64,000 nt of DNA, taken from contig CAVXLD010000003.1 of assembly GCA_963762565.1 (NCBI GenBank), positions 896,001-960,000 on the forward strand, given 5' to 3'. This DNA comes from an uncultured Verrucomicrobiae bacterium. Lineage in GTDB: Bacteria; Verrucomicrobiota; Verrucomicrobiia; Chthoniobacterales; JAFAMB01. Each line of letters opens with the position of its first letter. The first letter of the stretch is position 1. The position numbers and the translations under genes are program-made. Below, one piece after another: positions 39,801-50,624 of this stretch. The notes beneath the pieces are model-generated. The model saw only the letters and a list, made by a program, of their open reading frames with translations. It made no database searches and was not told the DNA's origin.

Positions 39801-42079
39801 GGCCTTGCCCTGGGTAATTCCTCCAGACTCGGGATTCGAGCGCCTTACAGGTAGCTTCTAAAAGGCGCGAAGTCGATGCCCCATCAGGCGTATGCTGGAA
39901 ATGGTAGACCATCGCCTCGGTGTAGACATAGGGCGCTACTGCCATCGCGTGCTGATCCCAGAAGAATGTATCCCGGTAATTGAGGTACTCGTTAAAGAGG
40001 TCCATCCCCGACGGAACCAGAGAATCGCTAAATGGGTAATTGACATCCTGATTATACTCCACCCGGCTATGTCCGCCCGCGGGATCATAGATATCCACTG
40101 AGCGTCCCGTTCCGATGTCACCAAAGTTCTCAGCGAAATAGAATTGGGTTTTACCGTATGGCGTCGTCAGTTGATGAACAAGTCCGCCGTCGTACTCGAA
40201 CTTCGATTGGATACCGACCACGTCCTTCGTACTAGACAACATTAGTGTCCCGTTAACGCTCGTATAAGTTAAATAAGCCGTGCGCCCGAAGGGGTCTGTC
40301 ACTGACGTTATTTTGTAGTGGATCTGTTTTCAGCGCGTAATGTAGCTTTGTCACCTGCCCAATCGCGTCTTTCACACCTACTAACCGGTACTGGCTGTCG
40401 TAGGTGAATGTCAGCTTGTTTCCTTGGGGGTCTACGAGCTCGGTCAGGAAGACCTGCCGGCCGGGACCGTTGACGCCGTTCGGTTGCGCGTAAATCTCGG
40501 CCGAGCCGTCCGGAAAGAATCGTTCATAACTAGTGGCGGAGGTCAGCACCAGCGTGGTGTTGCTGACGACATCCATGGCGTAAGTTTGGTTTGTCGTATT
40601 GTAGCCGCTAAAGGTGAGATAACCGCCACGTGGTGGAAACAGGTTCACATCGGCCCCGGGATTCGTTGGATCATCCACTACGTAAGCCATCCAATCATGA
40701 ACCCAGTTAGGCCCTAGATTCGAAAAGCTGAAGGTAGCAGGCTGGCCGTCCGCGCGTTGTTCATAACGCACCGTAAACATCGAAGCAGGACCAACCGGCG
40801 GACTATATCCCTCCGGGGTATCGAACACGGTGAGACTAACTGCTTGTAATTTTACGTCGTAGTGAGCCATGCCCAAGCCGCCACCGCAGCCACAGCCTGG
40901 ATCATCGCCCCCTTCGCCACCGGGCGCATTGTTGTTCGTCTGGCCGCAGCCCCACACACTGGCGACCTGATCAGCCGCGAGGGAATGCCAACCGGCAGGC
41001 AATGGTCCTGACGGTACAAGAAAATAGCCGCTGGCTTCTGCATCCAGCGCTTTAGGTGTGACCCAGATATTGTTGTTGAAGGTGAGATCCTTAGAGAGGT
41101 ACTTGCCGTTCTTCTCGGTAACCAAGGCCGCGTAGTGCCCCACTTTCCAGTGAATGACCGCCGGTGTAATCACCGGTGCGCCGGGGTCGCGTTTGGCAAT
41201 CTGGTATTTCATACCCGCGGCCAGGGCTAGGTTCTCAACCTGGACTAAGGAACACCCTTTGCTGGTCGATTCCTCCGCTGCGATCTTCTGGTCACCAGGG
41301 CCGGAGAGATGCTCGGTCGAACGAATCTCCGCCAGGGCTAACGGCCCGCAGCGGAAAGAGTGGGCCGGGTCATGTTTCATCAGAGCGAGTGCATCCTTCA
41401 GATTGGTTACCTGCGCAGCGGCGCCACCTAGGAAATGACGCGAGGAAATCTCGCCCAACAGTTCTTCCAGTTGGCTGACCCTGCCTAAACGGGCGTACAT
41501 TCGGCCTAGCTCGGTCACAGTCTGATTAACTAAGGCAACTGCCTCCGGGCCAGTTGCCGTTTTGCCTCCATCCCACGCTTGTTCCCAAGCCACCAGGACT
41601 TTGGAATAATAACCCTGGAAATAGTAGATCTGGCCTAAGTTATACAGCAGCCCCACTCCCCACCGCGATTCCGGGTAACGTTCGCAGAAACTCGTCAGCG
41701 CCGATACATCGTCGGGATTGGTCCGGCTGGCATATTGGTGCAAAGCAACCGACAATTCCTTGTTCTCCTCCTTCGCTAAGGAGTCGGACAGCTTAGTCAT
41801 CGGTACTAACGGCTCGCTAAATAAGCTGCATCGGATGACCTCGTCGTCGGTCGGGGTATCCGAAAGCTTAAATCCAGACGGCGCCTCAACCTGTGGTACG
41901 GTTCGATTCACCGTCACGGTAGACGCCGGCGAGTTGTCGGTATTTATAGCGACCGATTTTGCTTGTGAATTTGCAGAATAACTATCCGCCGCTAACGCGT
42001 ACAGCGGCCAGCCAAACAACGGCTGCGTAAGCATCAGAACAGTCGCTAAACCTCGCAGCGACCAAGAACTATTTTTCAT
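36885..42079 (-). pseudogene. Secreted TPR/C39-peptidase-like + YD/RHS repeat protein (~1730 aa) interrupted by ~5 single-base indels
   Basis: Signal peptide; FRCGPLAL and HWKVGHYAALV; many YD repeats; RHS core RAYD...RWLNRDPI...INLYAYVGGRPTFGIDRSGL. ORF-track pieces are 40253-42079, 39397-40302 and 36911-39412. May be intact in vivo. Confidence 0.85.
37291..37500 (-). repeat. 7x30-bp coding tandem repeat (GSGGNWGTNT)
   Basis: Seven 30-nt units; variable columns are mostly synonymous in the GSGGNWGTNT frame. Confidence 0.92.
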
Positions 42080-42262
42080 AGAAAGACAGGGTTGACTTGA
42101 AAATTCAGGCAGGGTTCAACGCCTTTATCCAAATAGAAGGAGGAACGGCGTCGCATATACTGGCGAAAATGACAAATAACAGATGACAGATGACAAATTT
42201 GGCTGACAATCGCGGGTCCGACTCGCCTACGGCAAACCGCTAACCGTTAGCCGCCAACCCGG

Positions 42263-43318
42263 CTAACCTCCGGTGATTTTGACAATCGCGACGGTCCAAT
42301 TGTACATCTGGACGATATACGCGTACTTGCCGTTCGGGGTGATTGCCACAACACCGGGCGTTTGGCCGAGCGTGATAGGGCTCCCTACGATCGCATTGGT
42401 CGCAGTGCTGACCATCACAACGCTTTGAGCATTCTGATTAGGCACATAGAGATAAAGACCGTCCGGGGTAAGAGCGCTTTTTAACCAATAGTTGCCGAGT
42501 GTGCTCGTCGTGATTTGCACGGTCGCGGTAACCGTGTTGGTGGCGGTACTGATCACCGAAACCGCACCACTCCAGCACGTCACATACAGTTTTGTGCCGT
42601 CAGGCGAAAGCTTGATATCAGTTGGACCTGAAGCGACCGGTATCGGATCGCCGACGATTAGTTGAGTGGCGACATCGATCTTGTCTACTGTGTTATCGGC
42701 GTAGTTAACTACGTAGGTGTACTTTCCCTTGTCTGCAAATACGAGACCGGACGGTTGGTCACCCGTCTGGACCGGCTGCGGTAACACCGTGTTGTTCTTG
42801 AGGTCAATGACGACGCACTGGGCTTGGAAAAGGTCGCTTACCCAAGCCAAGGTGCTGGAAGGATTGATTCCGATATCATAGGGGTATAGCCCCATCCCCG
42901 AGAAGGTTCGGCCCAGGCTGGGGGTCGCGGTTGAAGCACCAACAATCTGGGAAACGTTTCCGGGCAAGGTCCAAACCCCGCCATTATAGTTGCCAGGGTC
43001 GGCCACCAACACCTGTTCTCCGTTCCGGGAGATAGCCAGATACTGTGGATTGCCGTCGAGTGCAATCGTATTAGGTGCCACGGTATTCGTTGCTGTATCG
43101 ATGACGTAAAGGGCATTATACGCGTTCGACGCGACATAGACGTATTTACCGTCCGGGGTTACGGCCATCCCCGCTGGCAGCGGGATTTCTACTGTTCCAA
43201 TAACCGTATTGGTGGGTTGTGCGCTCACGGAAGGGATTACGGCTGCCAAGCATGCGGCGGCCGCCAGGGGCAAAACACTGCGCAGGATGCTGCGCCATCG
43301 ACCATCTTGTCTTTTCAT
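42263..43318 (-). CDS. Secreted YncE/YVTN beta-propeller protein
   Basis: Signal peptide; TPDGKYVYV..N...YVIDTATNTV blades. Confidence 0.9.
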   Translation of the reverse strand: MKRQDGRWRSILRSVLPLAAAACLAAVIPSVSAQPTNTVIGTVEIPLPAGMAVTPDGKYVYVASNAYNALYVIDTATNTVAPNTIALDGNPQYLAISRNGEQVLVADPGNYNGGVWTLPGNVSQIVGASTATPSLGRTFSGMGLYPYDIGINPSSTLAWVSDLFQAQCVVIDLKNNTVLPQPVQTGDQPSGLVFADKGKYTYVVNYADNTVDKIDVATQLIVGDPIPVASGPTDIKLSPDGTKLYVTCWSGAVSVISTATNTVTATVQITTSTLGNYWLKSALTPDGLYLYVPNQNAQSVVMVSTATNAIVGSPITLGQTPGVVAITPNGKYAYIVQMYNWTVAIVKITGG

Positions 43319-43894
43319 AGAAAGGCTGATCTGAGACCACCGCAGAATTCAGGAATTCTGCGGCTACCCGAAAGAGATAGAGAAACCTCGGCGGATATAC
43401 TTTGAGAAACGCGATCAGGCGCAACGGCCTCTCAAAAGGGCCGCATCGCAGCAGATGGCGCGTGCATCACCCATTGCGGAGGGGAGCCGCATTAGAGATC
43501 TGCCGACGTAGGATCGAGAAACGGTCTGTTGGGCGCCTCGCTGAAAGGCAGGGGCGACGGCGGCTCCCTATGGGCGTGGCCACTGCCGACCAGCCTTCGC
43601 CAACTAACGTGTCGAGTAGGCGTTGAGCCCCGGGGCGTCGCGTTTATCCAAACCCGGAAACTGCGAACATTTTAGGCGTCGAGACCCGCCCCCAACTGCC
43701 ACCCGGAATGCGACGCCCCTCCGTTCCACACGCCGATTGCGGGCCTTTCATTTATGACCCTAAAGACAGAAGCGAGGCCGCCCCTAGGCATGCCTCGCTT
43801 CGCACAACGACCGATCACTTCTCTCAGTCTTTAGCAACCCGGTGGCCACGACGGCCTCGGCCCGCGGGCGCGTGACGGCGCCGCCCCAGCGCCT

Positions 43895-44887
43895 TCAGTT
43901 GATCTGGATTACCGACACGGTTCCATCGTACTCGTTCGATATGTAGGCGTACCTACCGCTGGGCGTAATTGCTGCCATGATCGGGACGTTACCGACCGTG
44001 ATAGGTGATCCCATGAGTTTCCCGGTAACGGTATTCAGCACCACAACCGTATTACCTTCAATTAAGTTGCCATTGGATAGCTGCCCAGCGTCCGGCACAT
44101 AAAGGAATTTCCCGTTTGGAGTCACCGCTGGATAGACCAACAGGTTAGTCCCGTTAGGGCTCGTTACCGAGATACTTTTGGTGACGGTATTGCTAGAGGT
44201 CGCGATCTCATAGATGGCGTCATTCGCGGCGATGTACACGTTGGCGCCATCCGGTGAAATCGCTATACCCGTGGCCACCGTAGCGATGGGGATGGTTGTG
44301 GACACCGTGTTGTTAGCGGTATCGATAACCGAGACGACGTTGCCATTCACCAGGTAAGCCTCGGTGCCGTCCGAGGTAAACACTACTTCAGTTGGAGTTC
44401 CTCCGACCGAGATCGGATTAAGCACAGTCCCGTTAGAAATCACGGTGACCGTGCCGTCCGAGGCATTAGGAACATAGATCAGCGTCCCATTCGGGCTCAC
44501 CGCTAAGTCATTGGGAATATTCCCGGTCGGATAAGTTGTCGTAATTTTCTTCCTCGACATCGAAATTACATCGACAACATTGCCATCATTTGTCGAATAG
44601 AGTGTCTTCTCGTCAGGCGAAAACGCCAATCCGTTAGCTCCCGAAGGGTTCTCAACATTCGTGGGGAATGTAAACGAAACCGTGTTGGTGCTCACGTCGA
44701 TGGCCGAAATATTGGCGCCGTTTGCGACATAGACATATTTACCACTTGGCCTGGCAATAATTGCCGAGGACTGGCTGCCAACAGCGATTGTGGCGATAAC
44801 AATGTTTTTTAAGTCAACGGTCTCCCTGGCGACAAGGGAGGATAAGCTTGCGCTCGTAATGATAAGAATAGATAGAATGGCTTTCAT
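43895..44887 (-). CDS. Secreted YncE/YVTN beta-propeller protein
   Basis: MKAILSILIITSASLSSLVA signal; YVTN blades. Confidence 0.9.
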   Translation of the reverse strand: MKAILSILIITSASLSSLVARETVDLKNIVIATIAVGSQSSAIIARPSGKYVYVANGANISAIDVSTNTVSFTFPTNVENPSGANGLAFSPDEKTLYSTNDGNVVDVISMSRKKITTTYPTGNIPNDLAVSPNGTLIYVPNASDGTVTVISNGTVLNPISVGGTPTEVVFTSDGTEAYLVNGNVVSVIDTANNTVSTTIPIATVATGIAISPDGANVYIAANDAIYEIATSSNTVTKSISVTSPNGTNLLVYPAVTPNGKFLYVPDAGQLSNGNLIEGNTVVVLNTVTGKLMGSPITVGNVPIMAAITPSGRYAYISNEYDGTVSVIQIN

Positions 44888-44928
44888 AGTTGTTGATTCG
44901 CCTGATTCAGAAATGAGGACCAAATCAA

Positions 44929-44968
44929 GCGTCAGGCCATACAACGGAGAAAAACGAGCCGGGTTTCA
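44929..44968 (-). promoter_or_regulatory. Putative ECF promoter TGAAAC-N16-CGTTGTA + GGCCTGACGC
   Basis: Same motif, spacing and downstream 10-mer as at 46233-46272. Confidence 0.65.
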
Positions 44969-45097
44969 CAAAAGATAACAGCCCCTTATCATGTGGCCCT
45001 GCGGTGGTTTGGTATCCCGAGGGGACTAGCGCCAGAAGCGAGGCACGCTCCCCGCTGCGTGCCTCGCTTTTCACTAACCAAACGCTAATGCTCTAGC

Positions 45098-46189
45098 TCA
45101 CTGAGCTGGCTTGATCTGGATGACCGAGACGGTGTCACCTCCGAAGTTGCTGCAATAAGCCAGGTTACCTGTCTTGGACATAGCAATCCAGGCCGGCCCA
45201 GTTCCGACGGTAATAGCACTTCCGACTTGTTTATAAGTGCCCGTACTAACGACAATGACCGTATTCCCGTAAGTAGTCCCGCTGGTATAATACTGGGGTA
45301 CATACAAGTAGGCGCCGTTCGGTGTTATCGCCGGCACACTCGGAACTTCACCGGGCTCAAACGTCTTAACTATGCTGTCACCCTTTATGACTGAAATCGT
45401 GGCCAGTTTGAAATTTGTGCAGTACACCAAGGCGTTTTTTGGATTCATCACGCAATACAATGGGTCGCCGATGGTGGAAATGCTGTGCTCCACCTTTGAG
45501 GTAGCAGTATCGATCACATAAACGAATCCACTTCCGTCTTCGCAGGCATAGGCTAGGTCGCCATTCTTCGAAAACGTCGCCGAGGCGGCATGTTCGCCGA
45601 TGGTGATTGCAGTCTTCACCGTCTCTGTGCTCGTCTCGATGACTGAGATAGTCCCGGACCCTTCATTGGCAACGTATACCAATTTACCATTCGGGCTGAT
45701 CGACACATACCGCGGGTTAGTACCGACGGTTATTGTTTTTTCGAGGGCCCCGGTGCTCGCGTTTAGGACGCTGATTGTCCCGGCGGAAACGTCATTGGAT
45801 ACATACAATTTTGTCCCATCCGGGGTAATCGCCATGCCGTCCGGGCTAGCGCCAACACTGGTAAAGGTGGTCGTCACCTTGTTCGTGGTGGTATCTATGA
45901 CCGATATCGAGTTACCCAAATAGTTACCCACGTAAGCAAGATCGGCCGTCGGACTGAGAACAATCACGTGCGGCCCCGAACCGACATTGACGGTCGCCAC
46001 GACCTTATTGGTAGGTGCGGTCTCTGTCGTGATTCCATCGGTCGTTTCTTCCGCGATCGCCCGACCGACCGGGCAGGCGACGAAGAGAACGGCAAGAGTC
46101 GGAAAGAGGAATTGTCTAATAAGTTTCAGCCGGATTGATCCGGTTCCCCTTTGTTGAGGCTCCGGAGAACGTATGTCATGCCTTTTCAT
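45098..46189 (-). CDS. Secreted YncE/YVTN beta-propeller protein
   Basis: Start MKRHDIRS chosen downstream of the promoter motif; signal h-region; YVTN blades. Confidence 0.9.
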   Translation of the reverse strand: MKRHDIRSPEPQQRGTGSIRLKLIRQFLFPTLAVLFVACPVGRAIAEETTDGITTETAPTNKVVATVNVGSGPHVIVLSPTADLAYVGNYLGNSISVIDTTTNKVTTTFTSVGASPDGMAITPDGTKLYVSNDVSAGTISVLNASTGALEKTITVGTNPRYVSISPNGKLVYVANEGSGTISVIETSTETVKTAITIGEHAASATFSKNGDLAYACEDGSGFVYVIDTATSKVEHSISTIGDPLYCVMNPKNALVYCTNFKLATISVIKGDSIVKTFEPGEVPSVPAITPNGAYLYVPQYYTSGTTYGNTVIVVSTGTYKQVGSAITVGTGPAWIAMSKTGNLAYCSNFGGDTVSVIQIKPAQ

Positions 46190-46232
46190 AATCTTTTTGG
46201 TGACGCCATCCGGAAATAAACGACCGAATCGG

Positions 46233-46272
46233 GCGTCAGGCCGTACAACGGAAAAAAGGGGACCGTGTTTCA
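46233..46272 (-). promoter_or_regulatory. Putative ECF promoter TGAAAC-N16-CGTTGTA + GGCCTGACGC
   Basis: Paired with 44929-44968; both end ~42 nt before the ATG. Confidence 0.65.
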
Positions 46273-46508
46273 GAGAAAAAAGATGGGGGGCGAGGCTCCG
46301 GCGCTTCCTCAAGGGCCACGCAAGGCGATTGTTGTTCCGAAACCCCGTAACGGACAGCGCCGCAGGGCTGCCGAGCCGGACCCAGCGCATGCCATCGTCG
46401 ATTGGCGCCCATTGATTAACTACCTGCCGGAACTGAGTCCTCGCGGCGCGCGGGGACGCGCGCCCTCCCCGATTTGCACCCTGCGGAGAGCAAAGTCCGG
46501 CTTCGCGC

Positions 46509-49500
46509 CTAGCTCGGTTTCAGCTCCTCAACCAGCCTCTCACATTTCTTGGTGAACGGATGATCTTGACCCAAGATCTTGCGTGCACCCTGTGCTGCCC
46601 TTTGGGCTAACTCATTTGCCTCTTGAGTCTTGTTCTGAGCCCGCACGCATTGCGCCAGATTGAAACAGGTCTGGAGTGTGTCCGGGTGTTCAACACCGAG
46701 TACTTTCTCTCTCAGTTTGAGCGCCTGGCGATACTCCACCTCGGCTTCATCATGTTTACCTTGGTGCTCGAGGGCGGTGGCCAGATTATCGCGCGTATGC
46801 AGGGTGCTCGGTTCTTCAGGCCCGGCTACCTTCTCCTGCAGCTGGAGCACGGCGCCGTCTTCCGTTTCTGCCTCTACGGATTTGCCTTCTTCATCCAGCA
46901 CAAAGGCAAGCTGGCTACGCGTTACCAACGTATCCGGGTGCTCAGGGCCGAGCACTTTTTCTCGAAGTTGGAGCACGGCGCGGTCTTCGGCTTCGGCTTC
47001 GGTCTGTTTGCCTTCGTCATCCAATACCACGGCAAGATCGGTTCGCGCCAAAAGCGTGTAGGGATGTTCGCGACCAAACACTTTGTCGTCGAGCGCGATC
47101 ACCGCACGAGCTTCGGCTTCGGCCTCAGCGTACTTGCCTTCGAAGCCCAGCACTTCAGCCAGGCTGGTGCGGACTAACAAGGTGCCCGGATGCTCAGGAC
47201 CATACACCTTCTCTTTCAGCTTAATTAAAGTACGGTCCTCCGCTTCAGCCTCGGCGTATTTGCCCTCGTCAGCCAGCCCCGCTGCCAGATTACTCCGGCC
47301 CATCAGCGTGTCAGGATGTTCAGGACCAAGGACTCGTTCCCGAAGTCTCAATACCTCGCGATCCTCGGCCTCGGCTTCTGCCCGCTTATTTTGCTCATGC
47401 AACATAACGGCCAGATCTCCGCGGGTAACCAATGTGTCCGGGTGCTCAGGGCCTAGCACTTTCTCCTGTAATTTGAGCACCGCGCGACACTCGGCTTCAG
47501 CCTCTGGCCATTTGCCCTGGTAATTGAACGCGAGGGCCAGATCCATCCGCATTTTCAAGGTGTCAGGATCATCAGGTCCCAGCACCTTTTCGCTGATCTT
47601 CAGCGCTGCGCGACACTCGGCCTCGGCCTCTGCATACTTGCCCTGATCCAGAAGCGCAGCCACCAGGTTTTTTCGGGTTTTCAGGGTTTCAGGACTCTCG
47701 GCGCCGAGAACCTTTTCTTGCAGACTGATGACCGCTCTGTCCTCATTTTCGGCCTCAGCGTTCTTGCCTTGAACCCAGAGAACGACTGCCAGCCAGTAGC
47801 AAGCTTTCAACGTATCGGGATTCTCCGGACCCAGTACGTGTTCTCGCTCCGCTATCACTTCACGAAGCAGTTGTTCGGCGTCGGAATACTTTCCTTGATC
47901 ATTCAGGACGACGCCAATCGCGAATTGCACCCGGGCCCACTCTACCGGGTCGCGGCTGCGGTCGGTGAGTTTCTCGGCAGAATCCAGTCGCAGCAACGCC
48001 TCGGCATAGTCAATGCGGTTCTCGGCCGCCAACGCAGCCAGCTCAAAAGCCTTAATCGCTTCCGTCTTCTTTGGCGGGGTCGCGCCCTGAGCTTCATCAG
48101 CGGCAACCAAGGCGAGGCGTTCGGCTTCGTTGTAGTCCTTGGCAACATAAGCAGCACTGGCTCGTTCGTAGGTTGTTGAACCGGGCGCGCGTTTTAGCTG
48201 TTCGGCAAACCGCGGCAGTTGCTTCTCCACCAGGGCCGCATCTAATCCATATTGTTTTGCTAATTCCTCAATGACCCGGGTCCGGGCTGCGTCCGGATCT
48301 AGTTTTGTTTGGGCTTGCCGCTGATCAGCTTCCTTTTGTGGAAATTGGGTGATCATCTGGCCCATCGCTTCGCGGATCTCGGCCAATTGACGGCTTTGTT
48401 CATTCTGCCGCCCCATGATCCAAAGCACCAGACCTCCCCCTATCGCCAGCGCCACTAGCAAACCAGCACCAACCAGCCACTTTGAAATTGGTTTACGACG
48501 CCGAGGCCACCAGAATGGCGACCATTTTCCGCCGGCCCGCTTCACCGGCGCCAGCCACTCGACGGTTGAATGCAAATTGGCCTTGCTCAGATGCCTCCCC
48601 GATTCCACCGCCTGGTTGACGATCTTGATCGCCTTGATTAGCTCGGCTGGTCTCTGAAATCGAGCCGCCGGATTTTTCTCGAGCATTACCTCAAGCAATG
48701 CTTCGACGGGTTGCGGAACTTTCGACAAAGCCGCCAGCGGCAAGTCCCCATGCTGGTGTTGGTAGACCAATTCGGAGCCGGAACCCTTAAAGGGCAGTTC
48801 ACCGGTCAGCATTTCCCAAAGCGTAATCCCCAGCGAGTACAGATCCGAACGGATGTCTACACCGACGCCGGAGAACTGTTCTGGGCTAGCGTATGCCGGG
48901 GTTCCGGCGAATGAACCCGGTATCGATAGTCCCCTGGATTCTGTTTCATCGAGCGATTTCGCTAATCCGAGGTCGATAATTTTGACACTCTCGATCTCGC
49001 CTCCTTCGCGATTCACCATGATGTTACTCGGTTTAAGGTCGCGATGAACCAGGTGATTCTTCTGGATCGCGCTCAGGCCATTCGCCACTTGCGACACGAT
49101 CTCCAATGCCTCCGGAACGCTCAAATGGGCCGGTTGGCTCAGGATCCGTTCCAGGGTTTCGCCTGAAACAAATTCCATGGCGTAAAAGTAATTCTCGCCA
49201 GTTTTTCCAAGATGAAACACGCTGGCGACATTGGAATTTCGTACTGCGGCGGCCGCTCTGGCTTCCCGGACAAAACGGGCGCGAGCGGAGTCGTCCTGAA
49301 CATAGCGAGAACTGATTACCTTTAAGGTGACGGGGCAGTGAAGTTCGACATCGATGGCTTTGTAAGTAACCCCCATGGCGCCGCTCCCCAATTCCATCGG
49401 TTTGCCATCGTCGCCTACCATGATTTCGTAGTGCCCAAACCGCAGGTCGCCCGGCCGGTTCGCTGCGTCTTCGGCCGGCAAAGCGGGCTTTTCCGGCTCC

Positions 49501-49616
49501 TCTGCTTTTGCCTCGGCATCACCGGGCTCTAAAGCCGCGCGCAAAACGCAGACCGGACAATACACGCGGTCGTCGTCGAGCAGCTTTCCGCAGGTTGGAC
49601 AAGCTTTCGTAGTCAC
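46509..49616 (-). CDS. Hanks-type Ser/Thr kinase with N-terminal Zn-ribbon, one TM and 42-aa kinesin-light-chain-like TPRs
   Basis: CPTC...CPVC; LGSGAMG, HRDLKPSN, DLG, GTPAYASPE; TM WLVGAGLL...LWIM; repeated LGPEHPDTL units. Confidence 0.95.
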   Translation of the reverse strand: MTTKACPTCGKLLDDDRVYCPVCVLRAALEPGDAEAKAEEPEKPALPAEDAANRPGDLRFGHYEIMVGDDGKPMELGSGAMGVTYKAIDVELHCPVTLKVISSRYVQDDSARARFVREARAAAAVRNSNVASVFHLGKTGENYFYAMEFVSGETLERILSQPAHLSVPEALEIVSQVANGLSAIQKNHLVHRDLKPSNIMVNREGGEIESVKIIDLGLAKSLDETESRGLSIPGSFAGTPAYASPEQFSGVGVDIRSDLYSLGITLWEMLTGELPFKGSGSELVYQHQHGDLPLAALSKVPQPVEALLEVMLEKNPAARFQRPAELIKAIKIVNQAVESGRHLSKANLHSTVEWLAPVKRAGGKWSPFWWPRRRKPISKWLVGAGLLVALAIGGGLVLWIMGRQNEQSRQLAEIREAMGQMITQFPQKEADQRQAQTKLDPDAARTRVIEELAKQYGLDAALVEKQLPRFAEQLKRAPGSTTYERASAAYVAKDYNEAERLALVAADEAQGATPPKKTEAIKAFELAALAAENRIDYAEALLRLDSAEKLTDRSRDPVEWARVQFAIGVVLNDQGKYSDAEQLLREVIAEREHVLGPENPDTLKACYWLAVVLWVQGKNAEAENEDRAVISLQEKVLGAESPETLKTRKNLVAALLDQGKYAEAEAECRAALKISEKVLGPDDPDTLKMRMDLALAFNYQGKWPEAEAECRAVLKLQEKVLGPEHPDTLVTRGDLAVMLHEQNKRAEAEAEDREVLRLRERVLGPEHPDTLMGRSNLAAGLADEGKYAEAEAEDRTLIKLKEKVYGPEHPGTLLVRTSLAEVLGFEGKYAEAEAEARAVIALDDKVFGREHPYTLLARTDLAVVLDDEGKQTEAEAEDRAVLQLREKVLGPEHPDTLVTRSQLAFVLDEEGKSVEAETEDGAVLQLQEKVAGPEEPSTLHTRDNLATALEHQGKHDEAEVEYRQALKLREKVLGVEHPDTLQTCFNLAQCVRAQNKTQEANELAQRAAQGARKILGQDHPFTKKCERLVEELKPS

Positions 49617-50380
49617 TCCAACTGGCCGTCCGAAGCGATTAGTGCGTCACAGAGAGCATGAATTTCTTCATCTACGGTTGCGGGATCGCTGACCGTCCGT
49701 GAGACTTCCTCCCGCAAAATTTCGCTGTGTCTCTTTCGAAAACGATGAATGAGGGTTTTCGCGCCGCCGAGGGTACCTTGGAGTTGCCTGGCAACTTCCT
49801 CGTAAGAAGGTAACTCTTTACTATTCTTGGGATCTAGAAATGGTTGTAGCGTGTCGAACAGTGATTTCTTACCCTGTGAGGTATACTCGACCCGGAGGCG
49901 GTCGATTACATGGGTTAACAGAGTCAGTGCCCAGCGCGCATCAAACGCGCTTTCGGCATTCAGTGGGTTAGCGGTCTCTCCAAGATAACGTTCTTCGCCG
50001 CTTTCCAGGTCAATGCCAACAAACTCGATGTGCCCACCGCGCTTAACACTGTTTGTCCGATCAAACGCGTCGTTCAGGTAGTTTTTCAATGACACCAAAA
50101 GGAACGAACGGAACTTTCCTTTTTCGGGGCTGACCTTTCTCAACGATTTCCGTTCAAGGAGACTCAGGAAGAACCCTTGGGTCGAATCTTCAGCGTCCTG
50201 AGCGCTATACCCTCGGCGTCGCACGAAAGCGTAGAGCGGATACCAATAAAGACGACAAAGATCTGCGAGGGCCGATTGCGAACCCGGAAGCTGACTTTGT
50301 GCGGACAACAAAACAGCGCTCCAGTTCGTTGTTCGGAACTCACCTGCTTGCACACCAGCCAGGCTCTCGGTTCGGCTCAT
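49613..50380 (-). CDS. ECF sigma-70 factor (kinase-associated PVC type)
   Basis: FRTTNWSAVL, LCRLYWYPLYAFVRR, AEDSTQGFF, GKFRSFLL; 4-nt overlap with the kinase gene. Confidence 0.92.
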   Translation of the reverse strand: MSRTESLAGVQAGEFRTTNWSAVLLSAQSQLPGSQSALADLCRLYWYPLYAFVRRRGYSAQDAEDSTQGFFLSLLERKSLRKVSPEKGKFRSFLLVSLKNYLNDAFDRTNSVKRGGHIEFVGIDLESGEERYLGETANPLNAESAFDARWALTLLTHVIDRLRVEYTSQGKKSLFDTLQPFLDPKNSKELPSYEEVARQLQGTLGGAKTLIHRFRKRHSEILREEVSRTVSDPATVDEEIHALCDALIASDGQLE

Positions 50381-50624
50381 TAGTCACCCTTCTCTTCTTT
50401 GCCTTTTTACACGGAAATAAGCGGGGTGGGAAGGAGGAAGAGGGGGAGTGAGAAGTGAGAAGTGATTGGTGATTGGTGATTGGTGATTGGTGGGGAAGCG
50501 GCCCTCGTCCGGTGAAAGGTGAAAGGCACCCGCTCGGGAGGGAGTTGCATTCTGGGTCGGAAAAAGCGCGAGGCGCTGCGACCCTTTCCATGAGATGCTT
50601 GCACCGCCTCTCACCTTTCACTTC

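Noticed and set aside
39397..40320. Programmed frameshifting or a genuine three-gene RHS operon
   Set aside because: No slippery heptamer at either junction, and the YD pattern continues across each break after a one-base correction.
43320..43890. Riboswitch or ncRNA in the 570-bp gap between propeller genes
   Set aside because: Only REP-like hairpins were seen and no known motif was recognised; an Rfam scan would be needed.
46623..48179. Antisense ORFs over the TPR region and other long genes
   Set aside because: Shadow ORFs of repetitive, GC-rich coding sequence.
50384..50440. Autoregulatory copy of the TGAAAC-N16-CGTT promoter before the ECF gene
   Set aside because: A TTCCGTGTA -10-like word exists, but there is no TGAAAC at the right distance. 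No convincing copy precedes the 43318 or 42079 genes either.
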